From Lachnospiraceae bacterium (GTDB lineage: Bacteria > Bacillota > Clostridia > Lachnospirales > Lachnospiraceae): a stretch of DNA of 64,000 bases. The position numbers and the translations under genes are program-made. The stretch spans positions 2,618-66,617 of the forward strand of contig JAFSXN010000190.1 of NCBI GenBank assembly GCA_017444015.1. The letters are read 5' to 3'. The notes below the pieces were generated by a model. It was not told where the DNA came from, did no database searches, and saw only the letters and a program-made list of their open reading frames with translations. Every line of letters begins with the position of its first letter. Positions within the stretch are counted from its first letter, which is position 1. Shown one piece after another: positions 7,637 to 22,600 of this stretch.

Positions 7637-10600
7637 ATGATGAAGACAAGAGGGTTCAGGTCGTTTGTAGCGATGCTTGCTCTGGTGTCCATGCTGCTTG
7701 AGAATACGGCAACCGTTTCCGTATTCGCGATGGAGGGCGATGCCTCCGGGCAGCAGGCGCAGGAGACTGTAGTCGAAACGGTTTCGGAGTCCATACCTGA
7801 GGGCGACGAAGCGGTAACAGAGCCAGAGGCAGCTCCTATAGAGGAGCAGACGCAGGAGACTGTTTCCGAGCAGGTACAGGAGGAATCCGTTACGGTAGAA
7901 GAACCTCAGGCGGAGGAGACTTCGGACGGTGGAGAAGCTTTTGAGCCGCAGGTCGAGGTGACCGTGGATAATCCGGAGGAATATAATAAGGAAGCTTCTC
8001 CGGAAGAGACCGTGAACGAGGACATACCTGAGACCCTGTCGATCCTGGACGGAAACCGGATCGAGGCAAGCGGTTACCAGGATCTATATATAGCGGTAAA
8101 TACAGATCAGATGAACGACAGGGATTCTTTCCGTATCAGGATCGACGGTCTGAACAGCGAGGCGGTCTATGACGACAAGCTGAACGGATCCCTTTCCAAG
8201 TCCGATGCGAGTATTTATAAGCTGGAGAGGCTGGATAAGGCTTCTCTTACGATTTCCGCGGCAGAGCTTTCGGAAGGAATGACGGTTGAATATCTGCTGC
8301 GTGACGATAACTATCCTCAGATCAATCTGATCTCCGCACCCGAACCCGAAGCGGAAAAGATCCTGAAGGTATCTGAAGATGGGAAATCTCTCGAAGGCTC
8401 CGGATATGATGATCTCTCCGTTACCGTTAATACTACGGAGCTGAAGAGCAATATTCATTTCAGTCTTGTTTTGGGAACAACTGCGGGTGTATCCTGCAAC
8501 GGCGATCCTGTTGACGGCGCGATCGAAGGACTGTCAAAGAACGCCGGTACGATCAATCTCTCTGATTTAGACGCTCAATCCTTTGTTTTATACATCGTTG
8601 GTGAAAATTCCAACACAATAGCTGCTGATTATTCGATCGTTTCCGAGGAAAACGGGGCGGTCCGCGTCAAGGTCTATGATTCCGGGGAGGAGCAGACCGT
8701 AAAGCGGGTTTATGAATATGAGGATGAGGACGTTAAAGTAACGGCGACCATCGAGAAGGCGGAAGCCGTACCGGATGACGCGTATTTCTCTGTGACGAAG
8801 ATCGAACCGGACTCTGAGGAATACAACTTTAATTCTTATATGGATGCGCTGAATGACAATGCGCAGGATGGTACCAGCTATCATTCCGGCAATACGCTTC
8901 TTTATGATATCGCATTTTACACAGATGAGGACAAGACCGAAGAGATCGAGCCGGAGGAGGGTTCGGTCAGCGTTGCTATTCAGTTTAAGAAGGATCAGCT
9001 GAATAGCGAGATCGGTGTTGAAAAAGAAGATGATATCGAGATCACTCACTTAAAAGAAAATGAACAGACAATAGAAGCGGAGACTCTGGAGTCTACGGTT
9101 TCTCCTGAAACGGGAGCGCTGGAGTTTGCAACGGAGAGCTTTTCTGTTGTTGCAGTGACAAATAGCAAAGGGCTTGAATCGTACAAGTTTTCTTATACAG
9201 CTACTGATTGGGCGAATGGAACGCATCCTTATGCTGTCGAAATGACCATCAGTACAAGCGATCTGAATGATAAGCTGAAGGATATGAGCGGGAAGAAAGC
9301 CCCTGATCTTCTCTACAGGGATGCAAAGCTCTATTATGGGGAAGTAAATAACAGTAAAGAGATAGATGGATATATCCAAAAGTTTACGAACTGGCAGAAT
9401 GTTGAAGGATATGCTGAGTTTGTAAAAGCGAACTTCACCGGCCTTCCGTCGATCAATTCAGGAATGAACTGGTATGATTATATTAAGGGTGTATATAGCT
9501 ATGGGCTTTCGTATAACGGCGGAAATGATGGGATTGATATCAGTGAGTGCGAGATCGACACGAAGATCACATTTAATGACGACTATTTATCCTCTACTCT
9601 GGGAATAACCAGTGAAGATGATCTTGCGGTTGTCATTGCTACTCCTAAAACAGGGAAAAAGGCCAAGGATGAGCCTAAAAAAGATAATATCTATGATTAT
9701 GAAAATATTTCTACAGCCCAGGATTTGCAAGTTGATTTGACCTCTGGGGCAAATAGTATTTCATTTCATTCGACAGGTGGATGTGAATTACTCCTGATGA
9801 AGATTGAAGGGGCTGGGGCAGGAACCAATGGAACAGGACCATATGTACCTAAGGTAAATTCGAGATACTATACACACACAGAGATTATGACCGGGATCGG
9901 AAATACTGCGGTCACAGATGGGGACTTAGGGAACGCTGAGGATTATGGTATCGTTGCCAATGAGTTCAGGTTTGGCGACCATATGGATTCCAATGTAGCT
10001 ACTGGAAAGATCATCCTGGATCACATTGCGTTTGATCACGATACGTATACAAATAACACAGGTCAGAGCATTCTCGCGTCAGTTGTGGAAGGGGATTCTG
10101 ACAGGTGGTATTCTGACAAACATCATAATTCTCCGATAACAATATTTACAACGGATGCTGTAAAGAAAAAATATGTTGATGATACGGTGGATACCGATTT
10201 GCGCTCCAGAGTAAACGATGGCAGGATAGTACTTGATACCAGGTATACAGAGAATCAATTGCAGACTTATGTTACCAAAATGGTTAACGGAACATTGTCT
10301 GAAACGTTGTCAGAGATTACACAAAATACGAATCGTTTTATAGATATCACAGGAGGAAAGAGTTCGGCTGGGGGTTATGTTATTGATTTAACAAACTGTG
10401 AGGCTGGAACATATATTATTAATTTTGCTGAAGGTGAATATGAAAAATATTTTATCGCTGAAGGGTCTGATCGAGGAGATCAACCGCTTAAAATCGCGTT
10501 AAAAACTAACCAGAACATAGTGTTCAATATTCCGGATGATAAGGTTGATCTGGTACAGTTGCAGGCCTGTATTCGAGATAAGGAGGAAGATCCGTATCAC

Positions 10601-13600
10601 TATCTTTTGTCTAATGATGGGGAAGGCGATGAAAGGACGACTGCGGTTATCGAGAGGATCATATGGAATTGCTATAATGCTACTGGCGTAGATATATTAA
10701 AGCCTACCTTTGGCACGATCCTGGCACCAAACGCCGAGGTTATCATTGATGATGTTAGCTCGGGCTGGGTTGTGGCTGATAAAGTGCATAACAACGGTCA
10801 CGAATGGCATTTCTTCTCGAACAAGATTGGTAAGAGTCCTATTGTGAATGTAAATAGTGTTTCTTTCCCGTTTGCTGTACATAAGTCCTTTGTTACAGCC
10901 GGGACCTGGCCGGCAGGAGAAACCTTCAGCTTCAAACTCGAAGCGGTAACGAATGGCGCTCCTATGCCGACAGCGGTTACTACGGTAGAGGGAGTTGAGA
11001 ATACGGTTATCCGGGATACAGCCGGTCCGGTTTCTGCCGACAGTCCGAGCGCGGAGTTTTCGGATATTTCCTTCTATCCTACGGCAGACGGTACCGGGCA
11101 GACCTATATCTATAAGATCTCAGAGGAGCCGGGTGGAAACGGGGCAGTAAATTATGATTCCACGGTTTATTATGCGAAGGTTGAAGTAAGTACAACGATC
11201 ACAGAGACAAAGGATGCTTCCGAAAATGTTACCGAGGTCACAAGAACAGCAGGCACTCCGGTTGTTACCTATTATACGGACGAAGCCTGTACCGAGGAGA
11301 CAAAGGCAGCTCCGCAGAGTCTGAACTTTATCAATGATGTATATGATGGTGAGATCGAGTTCAAGGTAACAAAATCTCTGGTTGAGAGTGATAAAACAAC
11401 AGAGGCTGATTGGATCAGGGATTCTTCGTATTCCTTTATATTGGATGGCGAGGGTACTGCGCCTATGCCTGAAAACGATTCGGAAAACGGTGTAGTTGTC
11501 AGTGAATCCGCGGACGAGAGCGGGAATACGAATAAGACGGCGACTGTAACGATTGATCAGAAGGATGCGATAAAATCCTTCGGGAAGATCACGTTCCCGT
11601 TAGTACAGGCGAATTATGTCTATACGATCTCGGAGGGAGAGCTGGACGAAACGCTTGGGAAGATCGTTAAGAAGTCGGAATACAGTTATCGGATCACGGC
11701 AAAGGTCACCCCAACTCCCGGAGAGGGTGAGGCGAACGTTACCTATGAGGTTGAAAAGTTAGACAGTAACGGGACTGTGCTTGAAACAAAAAATGCTCTG
11801 GAGTCTCCTTTTGAGTTTGTCAATGAGAAGCTTCCGTCAGCATCCATAACGTTTAACATTACGAAAACCTTTGACGGCGATGAGTGGTATGACGAAGGCT
11901 TTGCGTTCACGCTGTCAGAGACGGATTCCAACTTCCAGCCGAAGGAAGGCGATCGGTACAATCATCCGGTAGTTATTAAGAATGATGAGAATACGAAGGC
12001 TGATGGACTGTTGACCGCTTCGGATGTGCTGGAGCTGAATTTCACCTCGGAGGATATCGGTGAGCACTACTATATTCTCCGTGAGGTAGGTACTTATACC
12101 AATATTGAAAGGGATCCCAGTGAGTATAAATATAAGGTAAATGTAGCGTTAAATGAGGATGGTACTTTAACGGTTTCCTACTGGGATCTTACGGAGACCG
12201 AGACGCTGTATAATGAGACTCCTTACCCTCCCGAGACGCATTATGATATTGATACCAGCTTTAATAATACCAGGATAGCCAGCCTGATCATCGGGAAAGA
12301 AATATCCTCTACTCTTCACGTTGTTTGTGAAAGAATGGGCGATCAGGTTTCGGTTCCTGAACCCCTTATGGGCTCAGGCCATACTCACAGGAGAGCGTAC
12401 TGCGGAGATCCCAGTCATTGGGTATTCCGTACCGATAAAGATGGAGTTGTTACCCTGTGGGAACTTCACTCCGGAATGACTGGGGGAGAGCTTCAGGCTA
12501 CGCTTTATACCGATGATAAGTACAATGTAAAGATGTCTCAGGATCAGATCAAGGCGATCAAATCCGGTGATATGCTCTATTTTACGACCTATAATGACAA
12601 GTTTCAGCATTTTGGTCATGCTATAGGAATGGATCCAAACAGCGAGATCACTGATAAGGGTCCGTTCAGCTTTGCTGTTAAGGACAGTAACGGGAAATAC
12701 TATGATACAGAGGGCAGACAATATGATGCAGCTCCGGCTCTTTCCATCAATGCCGGGCAGCAGCTGAAGTTTTATAATCTTGAACCGGGAACATATACGG
12801 TGGAAGAGGTTGACGGAAGCAAGAAGTATACGGTCACCGTTAAAGATGAAAACGGACAGGCTGTTGAAGTGACCTCCGGCGAGTCCGTTTCTGTAGAATT
12901 AACAAACGGAGCGACCACGACAAAGGAGCTTACCTTTAACAATGAGGCCAAGTGGTGCGTATTAACGATCGTTAAGGAGCTTGTATCGGACAGCAGTACA
13001 GGACCGTTCTATTTTGTCATTACTTCGGAGAACGGCGAAACGGTTAAAACCGTTGAGATTCCTGATATATCGAAGGATAAGACTGTATTTATCAGTGATC
13101 TTACGCCGGGAGAGTATACGATACAGGAAACGGATGCGGACGGCAATGTTCTGATGCAGGATGTCAGGTATCATATCACGATGACTGCAAGTACCAGTAC
13201 ACAGGCAGGAGCGAAAGAAGACAGTCCGACGACTTATCTTAAGAGTGATTTGAATCGTATTGATGTTTCGTTAGGCGCGGGTACGAAGACTACAGTCACC
13301 GTAAAGAACAAGGCGGCCGGGCTTATCCTCAAAAAGACACTTAACGGAACGGTACCCTCTGATGAAGCCGGACGGACCTTCTACTTTAAGGTCAACAAGG
13401 TCTCAGGCGGCAATATCAGTGATCTGACCGCGGACGAGCTTGGAAATATCAAAGTCGTTTATGAGAAGGATGGAAACAAGGTTTCCGAGGCTGTATCGTC
13501 GATGCCGATTTCTGTTACGGTCGGGGCTGACGGCAAGGGTGAGGTTGAGCTTGCCGGGTTACCCTGGCTGTCAAGCGGGTATTATCGGATAACGGAAACG

Positions 13601-16600
13601 GATCAGAACGGAAAAGAGTTAAGCTTTGGTTATCCGTATACCGTTGCGGTCACAAAATCAGATAAGTATACGGACCTTGATAAAAACGGCGAACTCAAGG
13701 AAGGCACAAGTTCTATTACTTTAACGGACAGATGCTGGATCCAGGAAATCTATCCGGAAAAGACCTTCCAGGTCGAATTTGTCAATACCCCGACCGGGAA
13801 GCTGACGATCAGCAAGAAGCTCGTTCCGGAAACAGCAGGCAGCGGGAAGACGTATTATGCTGTCCTGACCAGGACGCTCAATAACTCAACGTATTACTAT
13901 AATATAAGCAAGAATGACTTCGAGGCGGAGAGACAGGCCTTTTCGATTACTCCGGGTACGGATATTGAGGTAAAAGGTCTGAAAACTGATGCGGTTTATG
14001 CGGTATATGAGTCGGATCAGAACGGTAATGCTCTGGCTCAGGATGAGAAATACCATATCAGCCTTACCGCGGACGGAACAGTAGCTGTAGCGAACGATCT
14101 TACGGCAACGGCGGAATTCAGGAACGGGAATTATATCGGAAGCGTAGAGATAACGAATACGCTTGGTTCGCTTACGCTCAATAAGAAGGTGACGGACAGC
14201 CGGGATGAAAACGCTGGCGGAACCTTTGAATTTACCGTGACCAGGGAGTTTAACGGTACGAAGTATTACTATGCCGCAAACGGAACGGCAAGTACGACCG
14301 AGACGAAGATTTCCGTGACTGCCGGAACACCTGTCACGATTCCGGATCTTCCGTTTGGAACCTATACGGTAACGGAAACCGACAGCAAGATCGCGGATTA
14401 TGTCGTATCGGGAACAGGGACTGTTGAGATAGACGGAAGTACCGCAAAGACGGTCACTGTAGAAAATACAAAGATCTACGGCGAGGTTACCCTTACGAAA
14501 TATGACGGGGAAGAGACGGCAGAAAATCTAAAGGGACTTAGCGGGGTCAAGTTCCAGCTCAAGACCGGAGACGGCGGAACCGGACAGACGACGATCCGGG
14601 TATCCGGAGCAAACGGAAGCTATCAATACGATACTGCCTCTCTGGATGCCACCATGGAAACCGACAGCGATGGAAAGATCGTTGTTTCGGGACTTCCGCT
14701 TGGAACCTACAGCTTTATTGAAACAGGGGCGCTTGACAGCTATGTCCTGGATGATACGGCAAAAACCTTCACGCTTGTCAAGAGCGGGACAAATACTACG
14801 GTATCCTATGCTGTGAAAGTATATAATACGTCCTTTGCAGGCGGCGTGAAATTTAAAAAGATCGACGCTGATAATAAGGAGAACACAGACGCAGGCCTGG
14901 GCGGAGTGAAGTTCGAGCTTTATAAGAAGGTATCGGATGATCCGCTGAAATATGATCCTTATGTAACTGATACGGATATTAAGACAGATGAGACGGCCGG
15001 AACAAACCTTGGCTGGGTATACTACTATGGCCTGCCTAAAGGGGATTATTATCTCAAAGAGGTTGCCGTGAACGGATCAAGTACGAACGGCTATCTGGCG
15101 ACGGATGAGCTGCTGTACTTTACCATAGGAGAAGATGATGATTGTAAGAAGAGCGAAACAGAGAAGTATGTGACTCTGTCCGCTCCTGCTTCGGGAACGA
15201 CCAGCGTGATCACCTTTAAGGATGGTGTCGCGCTTGTTGGCAACAGCAGGATCCCCGGAAGCGTAAATATCGAGAAGCTCGGGCACAGCGAATATGTTTC
15301 GGAGGATGAGCCTCTTCCGGGCGCAGGCTTTGAGCTTTGGGCAAACGTTAAGGAGGACGGCTCAAAGACAAGCAACAGCGGTTATGAAAAGCTGAGAGAG
15401 GGAACAACGGATCCGGATGGAAAGCTGAGCTTTTCGAACCTTCCGTGGGGGAACTATATTCTGAAAGAAACTACGGTTCCGGACGGATATACCGCTATGG
15501 CGGATAAGAGCTTTACCATTGGGATCGGTACAGACGAAAAGCTGACCTGGAGCTATACAGAAGCCGGGGAGGGAGCGATCGTTGATAATAAGATAACGGG
15601 CGATGTTAAATTAGAGAAGAAGGATAAGACGACAAGTGCCGCGATCAATGGCGCGAAGTTTAATCTGTACCGCGGGAAGAAGAGCGATCTGAGTTCCCTG
15701 TCCGCGGATAATCTGGCTAAGCTCAAGAAGGGCGAAGCGATCACGGATACCCGGTTTACGAAGGTGAACGAGTCTGAGCTTGTCGTAACGGAAGGAAAGA
15801 TAGACAGCTCGACCTTAGCCAAGCTCGGGGAGCTGGAATACGGTGATTATTTCTTTGTTGAGTTCGAGGCTCCGAAGGGCTTTACGGTCGAGGAGGATCC
15901 CATCTATGAGGTTGTGATCAACGGTGTAAAGGAGAGCAATAATGTTGACTGCTATCTTACCGTAGAGAATAACGAGAAGAAGGGGCAGATAACGCTTCGC
16001 AAGGTCGATGCGGATAATGATAACGCGGCGATCACGGGTGAGATCTTAGACGGAGCGAAATTCGAGCTTTGGTTCAAACAGAGAGAGTCGCAGAAGACCT
16101 GGCTTGAAAAGCTGGTCGGCGCTATCGCCGGAGCATTCGGAAGCGACGGGTACACCAAAAAGAAGGAGATCGAATACGCTTACGCGAACAACACGCTGAG
16201 TCTGGTCGGCGATGACGCGGATATCATGCTGAATGACGATGGAAGCGTTACGGTCGAGAATCTGGATTGGGGCGATTATTACTTTATCGAAAAGAACGCG
16301 CCGAAGGGTTATATCACTCCGGTTGATGAGGAAGGAAACGATATACGGACCGGGCATTTCCAGATCGGGCTGGACAGTGCAGGGGAGTACGCTGATCCGG
16401 AAGGCTTTGAGATCACAAGGACGATTTCCAATAGAGAAGACACAGGATATGTCCAGTTCTACAAGGTGGATTCGAGAGATCACTCCATAAAGCTTGCGGG
16501 TGCTGAGTTTAACCTGTATTACGCGGAGGATGGGATCAATTATGAACCCTACGATGATACCACGTATACCTCACAGGAGGATCCCAGGATATTGAAGATC

Positions 16601-19600
16601 TTCCGGGCAGATACCACCGGTCTGGTAGAGGTAAAGGATCTTCCCTGGGGATCGTATTACTTCCTTGAGATAACAGCGCCGGACGGCTATGAGCTGGAGG
16701 TCGATGAGGATAATAAGCCGAAAAAGAGGATCGAGTTTACGATCGATGCTCTTCATGCCGGCGCTACGTTACCTTATGTTCTGGATGACGTAGAGAACGA
16801 GAAGGTCTTTGGCGATCTGGAGCTTTATAAGATTGATGGAACAGCGCAGAAAAACGAGAGCGGAGAAACGGTAGTTGCCGCGAAGGGTCTTGAAGGAGCG
16901 AGCTTCTATCTGGCGGAGGTGACCGATCCGATCACGAATACCGAGAAGTACGTAGAGGTCAGCGGCAGCAACGGCAGCTACGAATTCAGCAAGAGTAACG
17001 GAAGCAGGACGGAGATGCAGGCCTCCGGTTCAAGTGACGGAAAATATAAGACTACGGACAATACAGACGTGAATAATAAGCTGACCGTTGCCAACCTTCC
17101 AGCGGGAACCTATCGGCTGTACGAAATGACAGCTCCGAGCGGGTACAAGGTGAACAAGGATCAGTTCGTTCAGTTCACGATCAAGGATAAGGCGACAACG
17201 GAGCGGCTCAAGGAGGGGTATAGCAACCACTATATCTATGAGCGTACATTTGAGAACACGGATGTTCAGGCGAAGGTACGGTTTATAAAGCTCAGCGAGA
17301 ATACGGAGCCCTTAGGCGGAGTGAAGTTCTATCTTTATAAGTATCATTATGCCGCGGATGATGAAGAGGGCGCCGTACTTGAATCCGATCTGGACGCGAA
17401 TCGCAAGATAGTAAAGGAGTTTAAGGGAGAGTACAATTCCGCAACGACAGACAGCGGCTTTGGCGATAAGCGGACCGTAAAGGGAGAGGTTGCCGTCTAT
17501 GGTCTGGGCGAAGGAATGTACTACTTTATCGAAGACGAGACCTCCGCTTCTCAGCTTGGCCACGTAGCCAATCTGACGAAATACAGGTTCAAGGTTACCC
17601 AGAACGATGCCGGAAAATTTGTCGAGCTGGAGAATGCTTCCGCTATTGAGGGGAAGTTTAACGGCCTGAAGGCTGTAAGCAATAATAAGGCGAAGGGTTC
17701 TGTAACGTTTAAAAAGGTAGACGAGAATGGAAACGCTTTAGCCGGTGTTACCTTTAAGCTTTATAAGGTCGGCCAGGATAATGCGATCGGGACCTTTACA
17801 ACCACAAATAATAACAACGTTATTTCAAAGGACGGGCTGGAATGGGGCGACTACTACTTTGAGGAGATCTCGGCACCGGATGAGTATATACTGCTGAAGG
17901 ATCCGATCGAGTTCTCGATCCCTGAAAAATCGACCGGGCTGACGAATGTAAAGCTTGATGTCAATCTTGGAAATATTGCGAATGAGCTTGTGCAGGGCGA
18001 GGCGCAGTTACGTAAGATAGACGGAGAAAACAGCAATAATTCTACGAATAAATTACAGGGCGCGCATTTTGCGCTGTATAATGCCGCGACGGAGCAGATC
18101 GTACAGCACTCGGCGGAGTTCTCCGCAAGCAGCATAGACTATTCGGATCTTGTGACCGACAGCGACGGTTTGATCCGTACGGAGAAGGACCTGGGCTTTG
18201 GCGAGTATTATTTCCTGGAGACGCAGGCACCTGCCGGATATAAGCTGTCTGTGGACGCGAATGGCGATCCGGATAAGCGGATCTACTTTACGATCGATCG
18301 GGATCATACTACGGCAGAACAGGTTGCCGCTACCTTCAGAGATCATAAGCTCGGCGAGGATGATGATGTTCCTGAGACCGGGAATAATATCATTGTAAAT
18401 GAGCGTCAGACGGGCAGATTCAAGCTCTATAAATATGAAATGATCGGCGAAAAAAAGGTTGGTATTCCGAATGTAACCTTTAAATTACAGAAGAGATCGA
18501 CCGGTATCGTCAATAGCTGGCATGATGTGACAGGCGGGGAGAAGCAAACTTCGTATGACGCTGATACGCCTGCAAATAATGGTTATATTGAATTTACTGA
18601 TCTTGCGTGGGGCGATTACCGGATCGTAGAAACCGTACCGGATGGCTATAAGCTGAAGGACGGTGAAGACGGGAAAGTTGAGTTTACGATCGACGCGATG
18701 CATCTGAATACCAGCGAAGCCGCGATGAGCGAAGCTCAGGCTGAGATCGAGAATGAGCGCGAGCATGGAAAGATCAGGTTAATAAAGGTAGAAAAGAACA
18801 GCACCGGAAGAGACGGAGAGCTGGGAGCGACCTTTGAACTCTGGAGATATGTAGACGGCGTAAATGATGTGAAGATCGGCACCTATGAGATTCCCTCGAC
18901 CGGCACCAGAAGAGGTGAGCTTGAGATCGAGGATGAAAGACTTATCTGGGGTGAAAAGTATTACTTCGTTGAGACTGAGAGCCCGGCAGGCTATGCCGGA
19001 CTGGACAGATCTACAAATACCAGTACCTGGGTCGATGATGAAAATACTAAGACGGAGAAGGCAAATCTTGACGGCCGTACGGATCTGATCGAGCTGCAGC
19101 CTGCTTCCGCGAATGATAATACTTATCAGATCGTACGGATCGAGAACCGTAAGCTGACGAAGCAGGACGTGGAGCTTACAAAGAAGGCGGATGAGACCGC
19201 GGGTACCAAACTGAACGGGACCCTGTTAAGCGGCGCTGTCTTTAACCTTTATCGGGTAGAGAAGGACGCGCTGGGACAGGAAACCTCCAGAGAGCTGATC
19301 TATGCGGTACAGAACAGCGATGGGATCTATACCTACGCGGAGCAGCCGACAAACGGAAGCACTGCTTCTCTTGTGGTCGGTCAGTCGGGAAATCAGCTTG
19401 GAAAGCTGATGGTCAAAGATCTGACCGAGGGCAGCTATGTATTTAAGGAAATAACGGCACCTGCAGGTTATAAGATCAAGACCTCGGAGACATGCTTTGA
19501 GATCGCTTATTACGCAGTGAACGAAAAGAATCCGGACACGAAGGATGATGTTATTGTATACAATTCAAAGATCAGCGCCGGCGTGACCTTTACGAAGTAC

Positions 19601-22600
19601 GCCATGGAAAGCGGCGAAGAATTCAAGCTTGGCGGCGTAAAATTTGAGCTGTATAAGGTGGCGGAGACCGGAGCGGATGAACGGATCGATGAGGCGGTTT
19701 ACTCGATAGACCAGGGCGGGACGGATACTTCCGCCGCGATCGGCTCTGTATCCTATGACGGACTCGGAGTAGGCAGATACTACTTTAAGGAGGTCGAAAC
19801 ACCGAATAACGCATATACTCTGGGCGGACCTTACTACTTCCATATCGATCCTGCGGACGATGGAAAGGTTGTAGGGCTTGATTATGACGGAGTGGACTTT
19901 GAGCGGATCCCTGCTACGGATACCGAAAGGTATGACAGGGTGGTGAATACTCCTTCTACGAACGGTCACGTATCCCTGGTAAAATATGAAAGCAATGACG
20001 GAGCTGCGACAGAGATACCAATCCAGGGAGTTGTCTTTGAGCTTTATCGTGTTAAGAGCGGAACGGAAACCGAGGATACTCTTGTAGATACTCTTACGAC
20101 GAACGGGGACGGAAAGATCGAAAAGACGGGACTGGCCTGGGGGAATTATTACTTTAAAGAGAAGTCGGTTCCCGGGGATACCTCTGTGAGCGGATCCTAT
20201 GTGATCTCAACTGCTTCGACCGAGGTGTTTACGATCGGAAAAGCTTCTATGAGTAAGGAGCTTACGGTCTATAATGACAAAAAGTACGGTTCTGTCTCTA
20301 TAAGCAAGACCGATCAGAACGGAACCGCGCTTGATGGCGTAGAGTTTACGATCTACAAGGGCTCTGTAGCAGAAGCGAATTATGTAGGTAAGATGACCAC
20401 GGATGCGCAGGGCAAGGCTTCCTACGGAGATCCGGATGAAAATAAGGATGGTCAGAAGGGACTTGTCTGGGGTGAACATTATGTACTTGTCGAGTCAAAG
20501 CCCCTGACGGGATATCTGCCTGCCCAGAACATAGGATTTGACGTCAAGAAAGAGAGTCTGCATTTTTCCTATGACATTACGAATGAGAAAATCAAGGGTT
20601 ATGTCAAGCTGTTCAAGCGGGACAAGGAGACAAAGCAGGGTATCGCCGGAGTTTCCTTTGAGCTGTACAAGGATGCCGGGACAGGAAACGCGGCAGATGA
20701 TACAAAGATCACCGGACATACCTATACGACCGGCAGTGACGGCTACGTTTATCAGAACGAAGCAGGCGGAACACAGACAAATAAGCTTGGACCTTTGGAG
20801 TACGGTGATTATTACTTCAAGGAGACAAGCACGCCGGAAGGATATAAGCCGTTTACCGGAAAGAAGACCTTCAGTATCAGAACGAACGAGGAGGTCGTTG
20901 ACCTGACAGGGGATAATTCTCTGGATAATGAGCACAAGCTCGGAACGGTCAAAATCCATAAGGTCGGCAGTGACGGCAGTTCCCTGAACGGCGCGAAGTT
21001 TATGCTGTACGGAAAGGACAATCCAAAATCCCTCAGAGAAGCCTGGCAGAAGGTTACTACCGGACATTATAACGAGACGGAAGGGTATTACGAGACCGGG
21101 GATTCGGGCTATCTGGTGATCGAGGATCTTCCGATCGGAAGCTATGATCTGGTAGAAATTGAAGCTCCTCAGGGGTATGAAATTCAAAAGGACGGAAAGA
21201 AGAACAAGGTCTATAGCTTTACGATTATCGAAACGCAGCTGGACACCGTGATCGAGCCTATGGACATCGTAAATGATCAGCTAAAGGGTTCGGTCAGACT
21301 TATCAAGAAGAGTTCCGATCCTGCGGATACCATACCGGATGGAGCGCTCTTTAAGCTGATGTTAAAGACCGCGGGGGACGCGGATGATATCAACGTTTCA
21401 AGCCTTTATAAGGATGTGGCTTCCGCTTCCTATAATGCTTCAAAGGATGCGTTCGGGACTGTAAACGGAAAGATCGAGATCCTTAACGCGCTGGAATGGG
21501 GTACTTACTATTTTGAAGAGATCGCTGCTCCGGAGGGCTATGTATTTAACGGGGCAAAATCAAAGGATCTGGTTATAGGCGCAGGGAATGACAGCGATGG
21601 CGTTATGGCGATCCAGACGGATGAGATCGAGAATGACAAGATCTACGGCTATGTACGCCTTAAGAAATCCTTCTCGCCACTAGCGGATAATTCTAATGCG
21701 ATCACAAAGCTTTCGGGTATTGAGTTTAAGCTGATCGATGAGAGCGATGATTCGGAAGTTGAAATTCAGGACGCGGATGGGAATAATCTGCTTGTGACCG
21801 ATGAAAATGGCGAAATTTCCGCTGAAACGATCGGACCGCTGTCGTATGGAACCTATCATTTTGTTGAGTTTTCTCTCAGTCAGGAAGCGATCGATGCCGG
21901 CTATGCACTGAACAATGAGCCTTCGGAGTCGTTTAAGATCGACAGCGTTAATACGAAAGACACTGCGAAGGAGATCACGTTTGTCAACTATGCGATCTCC
22001 GGAAGCGCGCACGTCGATAAGACGGATGGGACGAATAAGATTTCCGGGATCCTCTTTAACCTGTATCTGAAGGAGGATGAGGATAACGAAAACGCAGAGC
22101 CGTACCGCGTCGCGACTTCGACAGCGGAGGGCGTTGACTTTACGAATATCCCTAAGGGAGAATACTTCTTTGAGGAGGATGCGGCTTCTGCGGCAAGCCT
22201 CGGGTATACGGCGGATACAGCACGCTACTATTTTACGATCGTGTCCCAGGGAGACCATATTACAGAGTTCCGTAAAAAGGAGGCAGATTCTTCAGAATTT
22301 GCTGAGGGGACAGTTTCTGAGATCGTAAACGAAGAGATCCAGGAGGGTCAGATCTCTCTTGTAAAATATATTGAGGCTGAGCCGACGGACGAGATCGCAA
22401 ATAACGCGAAGCCTGCGGACATTTCAAAAGCGGACTTCGTTTTGAGAAACGCTGTGGATCACTCTATTGTGTATACAGCTGAGGAGCTGAAAGCAAATAA
22501 TATCAGCAATGATTCCAGCAGGATCACTGTGAAAGTCGGGAAAGGAAGCTACTATTTTGAAGAGGTGAATCCTGTTCCCGGATATGCGATCGATGGAACC

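Noticed and set aside
12390-12420. The YCGDPSHW motif as the Cys of a thioester (TED/TQXA-type) adhesin domain.
   Set aside because: The residue after Cys is Gly, not hydrophobic. There is no TQxA(I/V)W motif. The nearest semi-conserved Gln is only ~70 residues away, and the module is much smaller than the thioester domains I recall. This remains a hypothesis for mass spectrometry only.
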